A stretch of DNA of 64,000 nt from Bacillales bacterium UBA4045. Its GTDB lineage: Bacteria; Bacillota; Bacilli; Paenibacillales; UBA4045. Of this stretch, positions 61,279 through 64,000 are shown piece by piece. Under the pieces are notes generated by a model. That model searched no databases. It worked only from the letters and a program-made list of their open reading frames with translations, and was not told the origin of the DNA. The position numbers and the translations under genes are program-made. The DNA lies in assembly GCA_002383695.1 (NCBI GenBank), contig DFZX01000087.1, positions 1 through 64,000 on the forward strand, given 5' to 3'. Positions within the stretch are counted from its first letter, which is position 1, and each line of letters starts with the position of its first letter.

Positions 61279-63975
61279 TCACCTCTCAACGGTTTCCATT
61301 ATGAAGGCTTCAATAATATCGCCGTCTTTAATTTCATTAAACTTCTCAAGTGAAATACCACATTCATAACCTTGGGCTACTTCTTTGGCATCGTCCTTGA
61401 ATCGTTTCAATGAATCCAATTTACCTTCATATACGAGAACTCCCGCACGTAACAAACGTACTTGAGCATTACGAACCATCTTACCATCTTGGACCATACA
61501 CCCAGCAATAACACCAACCTTGGTAACCTTAAATACATTCCTGACTTCAGCATGACCAAGTATCGTTTCTTTAAAGATTGGATCAAGCAGACCTTTCATA
61601 GCCGCTTCAATTTCTTCAATGGCTTGATAGATGACGGTATACAATCGAACATCAACCTTCTGCTCATCAGCCATTGATTTAGCCGCAGGCTCAGGACGAA
61701 CATTAAAGCCGATTATGATTGCATTCGATGCATAAGCCAAATTCACATCAGATTCATTAATCGAACCAACCGCGATATGAATTATTCTTACACGAGCGCC
61801 CTCAACATCAATTTTCTCTAATGAGCCTCTAAGTGCTTCAACAGAGCCTTGTACATCACCTTTTATAATAACGGTAAGATCCTTCAATTCACCATCTTTA
61901 ATATGCTGATACATATCCTCAAGGGATACGCGAGTATTCGCGCTCATTGATGACTGGCGAGCTGAGTCAGATCTACGCTCTGCAATAGCTCTTGCTTTAC
62001 GCTCATCCTCGAATACGATGAATGGATCTCCTGCTAACGGAACCTCAGTTAAGCCTGTAATCTCAACAGGTGTTGATGGTGGAGCTTCCTTCACTCTTCG
62101 GCCTTTGTCATTGATCATAGTTCGAACACGTCCGAAGTGAACCCCAGCTACGAATGCATCACCGACACGAATGGTACCATTCTGAATCAATACTCGTGCG
62201 ACAGGACCCTTACCTTTATCGAGCTCAGCTTCTAATACAGTTCCCCTAGCACGCTTATTAATATTAGCCTTGAGCTCGCGTACTTCAGCAACAAGCAAGA
62301 TCATCTCTAATAGATCATCTAGACCTGTACGGTTCTTAGCTGAGACATTAGCGAATATCGTATCGCCGCCCCACTCTTCAGGGATTAGCCCATGTTGATT
62401 GAGTTCTTGTTTAACACGGTCAGGATCAGCACCAGGCTTATCGATTTTATTCACTGCTACAATAATCGGCACATTAGCGGCTTTAGCATGATTGATCGCT
62501 TCAACCGTCTGTGGCATAACACCGTCATCTGCAGCTACCACAAGAATTGTGATATCCGTTACCTGAGCTCCCCTAGCACGCATCGAGGTGAAAGCTTCAT
62601 GACCAGGTGTATCTAAGAAAGTGATTTTTTTATTGTTCACTTCTACTTGGTATGCACCAATGTGTTGAGTAATTCCTCCTGCTTCACCAAGAGTTACATT
62701 CGTATGACGAATCGCATCTAGTAATGTTGTTTTACCATGATCTACGTGTCCCATAATCGTAACAACAGGTGGACGTTCATTGAGATCATCATCGATATCC
62801 GATTCTTCGACTAATTCGAAATTATCTTCGTCGACAGCAATTTTGACCTCTACCTCAATCTTATAATCAGTTGCAATAAGTTGAATCGTATCTAGATCAA
62901 GCTCTTGGTTAATGGTAGCCATTACGCCTAGGAATAGAAGCTTCTTAATAACTTCAGAAGCATCCTTATGCAGGATCTTGGCGAATTCACCAACCGTCAT
63001 AGGACCGCGAACAATGATCTTCTTTGGTGTATTATCAACCTTTTCTTTAATCGGTCCTGTGTTACGTCTATTATTCTTTCCTTTATTCCTGTAATTACCC
63101 GAACGACTGCTATTCCTACTATCCTCAAAGCGCTTGTCAACCGGAGCTGTCTTCTTGGATGGGATCTTTGACTTATCTTCTGTTTCACCAACACGACCGG
63201 TATATGGTTTAGCAGGTTTTTTATTATCGGTAAATATTGTCGTTCTCTTCTCCTTCTCACCTACAGTTGAAGCTGCCGGCTTGGGAGGAACAGCTGGTCT
63301 TGATTGATATGGAGGACGGGATTGTTGCCCAGCTGAAGAACCGCCAGGTCTTGGTCCAGAACCCTGGGAGCCTGCAGGTCGATTTGATTGCTGTCCAGGT
63401 CTTTGCTGTGAGCCTTGATAGGATCCGCTTGGTCTAGATGAGCTGTTAAACCCTTGACCCTGTGGTCTGCTTTGTTGTGGATTAGAGCTTGGCGGGTAAA
63501 CCCTATTATTCTGCGATGATCCACTTACATTCGTTGAAGAAGCACTTGAAACAGGTGCACCTGTTGGAGGCGTACTAGCTGCTGGAGTTCCAGTTGTAGG
63601 CGTGCTTGACGCCTGATTGCTTGACGCCGCTGTCGGCGTTGTTGGTCGTTGTGAATTCACATGGGCTGCGGGTGTAGATTGTGATTGAGTCGCAGCTGGT
63701 CGATTTGGCCTTACTGCTTGTTGACCACCGCTTGATTGTTGCTTGGCAGCCTGAATAGTCACTGCCTCTGCAGCTGCTCTCTTAGCCGCAGCATTCGCCT
63801 TGATATCACGAAAAAACTTCTCCACTGCGTGAACGGTCTCATTCTCCATAACACTCATATGGTTGTTAACAGGAATGTCTAATCGCTTAAGAATTGTAAT
63901 AATCTCTTTACTGCTCATATTTAATGACTTTGCATATTCATAAACTCTTGTTTTCTCATTTTCTTGATTAGTCAA
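61279..63975 (-). CDS. infB: Translation initiation factor IF-2
   Basis: G-domain 'GHVDHGKTT' and 'DTPGH' motifs. S/P/Q-rich N-terminal region. TTG start after GGAGGTG. Confidence 0.95.
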   Translation of the reverse strand: MTNQENEKTRVYEYAKSLNMSSKEIITILKRLDIPVNNHMSVMENETVHAVEKFFRDIKANAAAKRAAAEAVTIQAAKQQSSGGQQAVRPNRPAATQSQSTPAAHVNSQRPTTPTAASSNQASSTPTTGTPAASTPPTGAPVSSASSTNVSGSSQNNRVYPPSSNPQQSRPQGQGFNSSSRPSGSYQGSQQRPGQQSNRPAGSQGSGPRPGGSSAGQQSRPPYQSRPAVPPKPAASTVGEKEKRTTIFTDNKKPAKPYTGRVGETEDKSKIPSKKTAPVDKRFEDSRNSSRSGNYRNKGKNNRRNTGPIKEKVDNTPKKIIVRGPMTVGEFAKILHKDASEVIKKLLFLGVMATINQELDLDTIQLIATDYKIEVEVKIAVDEDNFELVEESDIDDDLNERPPVVTIMGHVDHGKTTLLDAIRHTNVTLGEAGGITQHIGAYQVEVNNKKITFLDTPGHEAFTSMRARGAQVTDITILVVAADDGVMPQTVEAINHAKAANVPIIVAVNKIDKPGADPDRVKQELNQHGLIPEEWGGDTIFANVSAKNRTGLDDLLEMILLVAEVRELKANINKRARGTVLEAELDKGKGPVARVLIQNGTIRVGDAFVAGVHFGRVRTMINDKGRRVKEAPPSTPVEITGLTEVPLAGDPFIVFEDERKARAIAERRSDSARQSSMSANTRVSLEDMYQHIKDGELKDLTVIIKGDVQGSVEALRGSLEKIDVEGARVRIIHIAVGSINESDVNLAYASNAIIIGFNVRPEPAAKSMADEQKVDVRLYTVIYQAIEEIEAAMKGLLDPIFKETILGHAEVRNVFKVTKVGVIAGCMVQDGKMVRNAQVRLLRAGVLVYEGKLDSLKRFKDDAKEVAQGYECGISLEKFNEIKDGDIIEAFIMETVER

Positions 63976-63982
63976 TCGTTTA

Positions 63983-64000
63983 CACCTCCGATTTATCCAT
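63983..64000 (-). CDS. 3' end of an upstream gene, truncated by the window edge (ylxQ/ylxR position of the nusA-infB operon)
   Basis: An in-frame ...MDKSEV-stop ends 8 nt before the infB RBS. Too short to identify. Confidence 0.25.

Noticed and set aside
63060-63700. Low-complexity S/P/Q/G-rich tract
   Set aside because: This is the normal disordered N-terminal region of IF-2. It is in-frame and continuous with the G-domain.
1-64000. A search for transposases, integrases, phage genes, toxin-antitoxin pairs and restriction-modification or other defence genes
   Set aside because: None recognised. Every ORF of 150 aa or more could be assigned to a metabolic, sporulation or housekeeping family. 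GC/AT texture is uniform, with no obvious island boundary.

Overview
This 64-kb window reads as a chromosomal segment from an endospore-forming Firmicute, Paenibacillus/Bacillus-like. The evidence is frequent AGGAGG-type ribosome-binding sites, many TTG/GTG starts, and B. subtilis-like gene order. Coding is dense and almost entirely on the minus strand from about 14.6 kb onward. I see no CRISPR array, no rRNA or tRNA, and no obvious mobile element.

From 28 to 64 kb the window follows a conserved backbone in B. subtilis order:
- spoVS, ymdB, rny
- recX, recA, cinA, pgsA, rimO, yajQ, rodZ
- the ymfK/J/I/H/F cluster
- sleB-like, spoIIIE, ylzJ, tepA, rnjB
- dapA, asd, spoVFB, spoVFA, dut, mlpA, ylxY
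- pnp, rpsO, ribF, truB, a DHH phosphoesterase, rbfA, infB

The first 28 kb is more accessory-like:
- a mannose-linked carbohydrate cluster at 79..4570
- an isolated ATP-grasp domain protein
- a PatB-type C-S lyase
- a TraX-family membrane protein with a DinG-like helicase
- nfeD/floT, an AraC-regulated oxidoreductase-isomerase pair, hrpB-ywbE
- a CBS protein, a small Gly/Tyr-repeat protein, GNAT and VanY-type enzymes, a mannose-6-phosphate isomerase
- ricA-miaB
- a PduL-type phosphotransacylase beside a 2-oxoacid:ferredoxin oxidoreductase (korAB), and an M19 dipeptidase

I could not support a clear-cut new defence or mobile system. The observations most worth a second look are:
- the uncharacterised glycosyl cluster at 79..4570
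- the Gly/Tyr-repeat protein with a structure that could occlude its ribosome-binding site (17923..18385)
- the pduL-korAB pairing (23283..26562)
- truB lacking any canonical in-frame start upstream of its conserved N-terminal motif (59851..59943)
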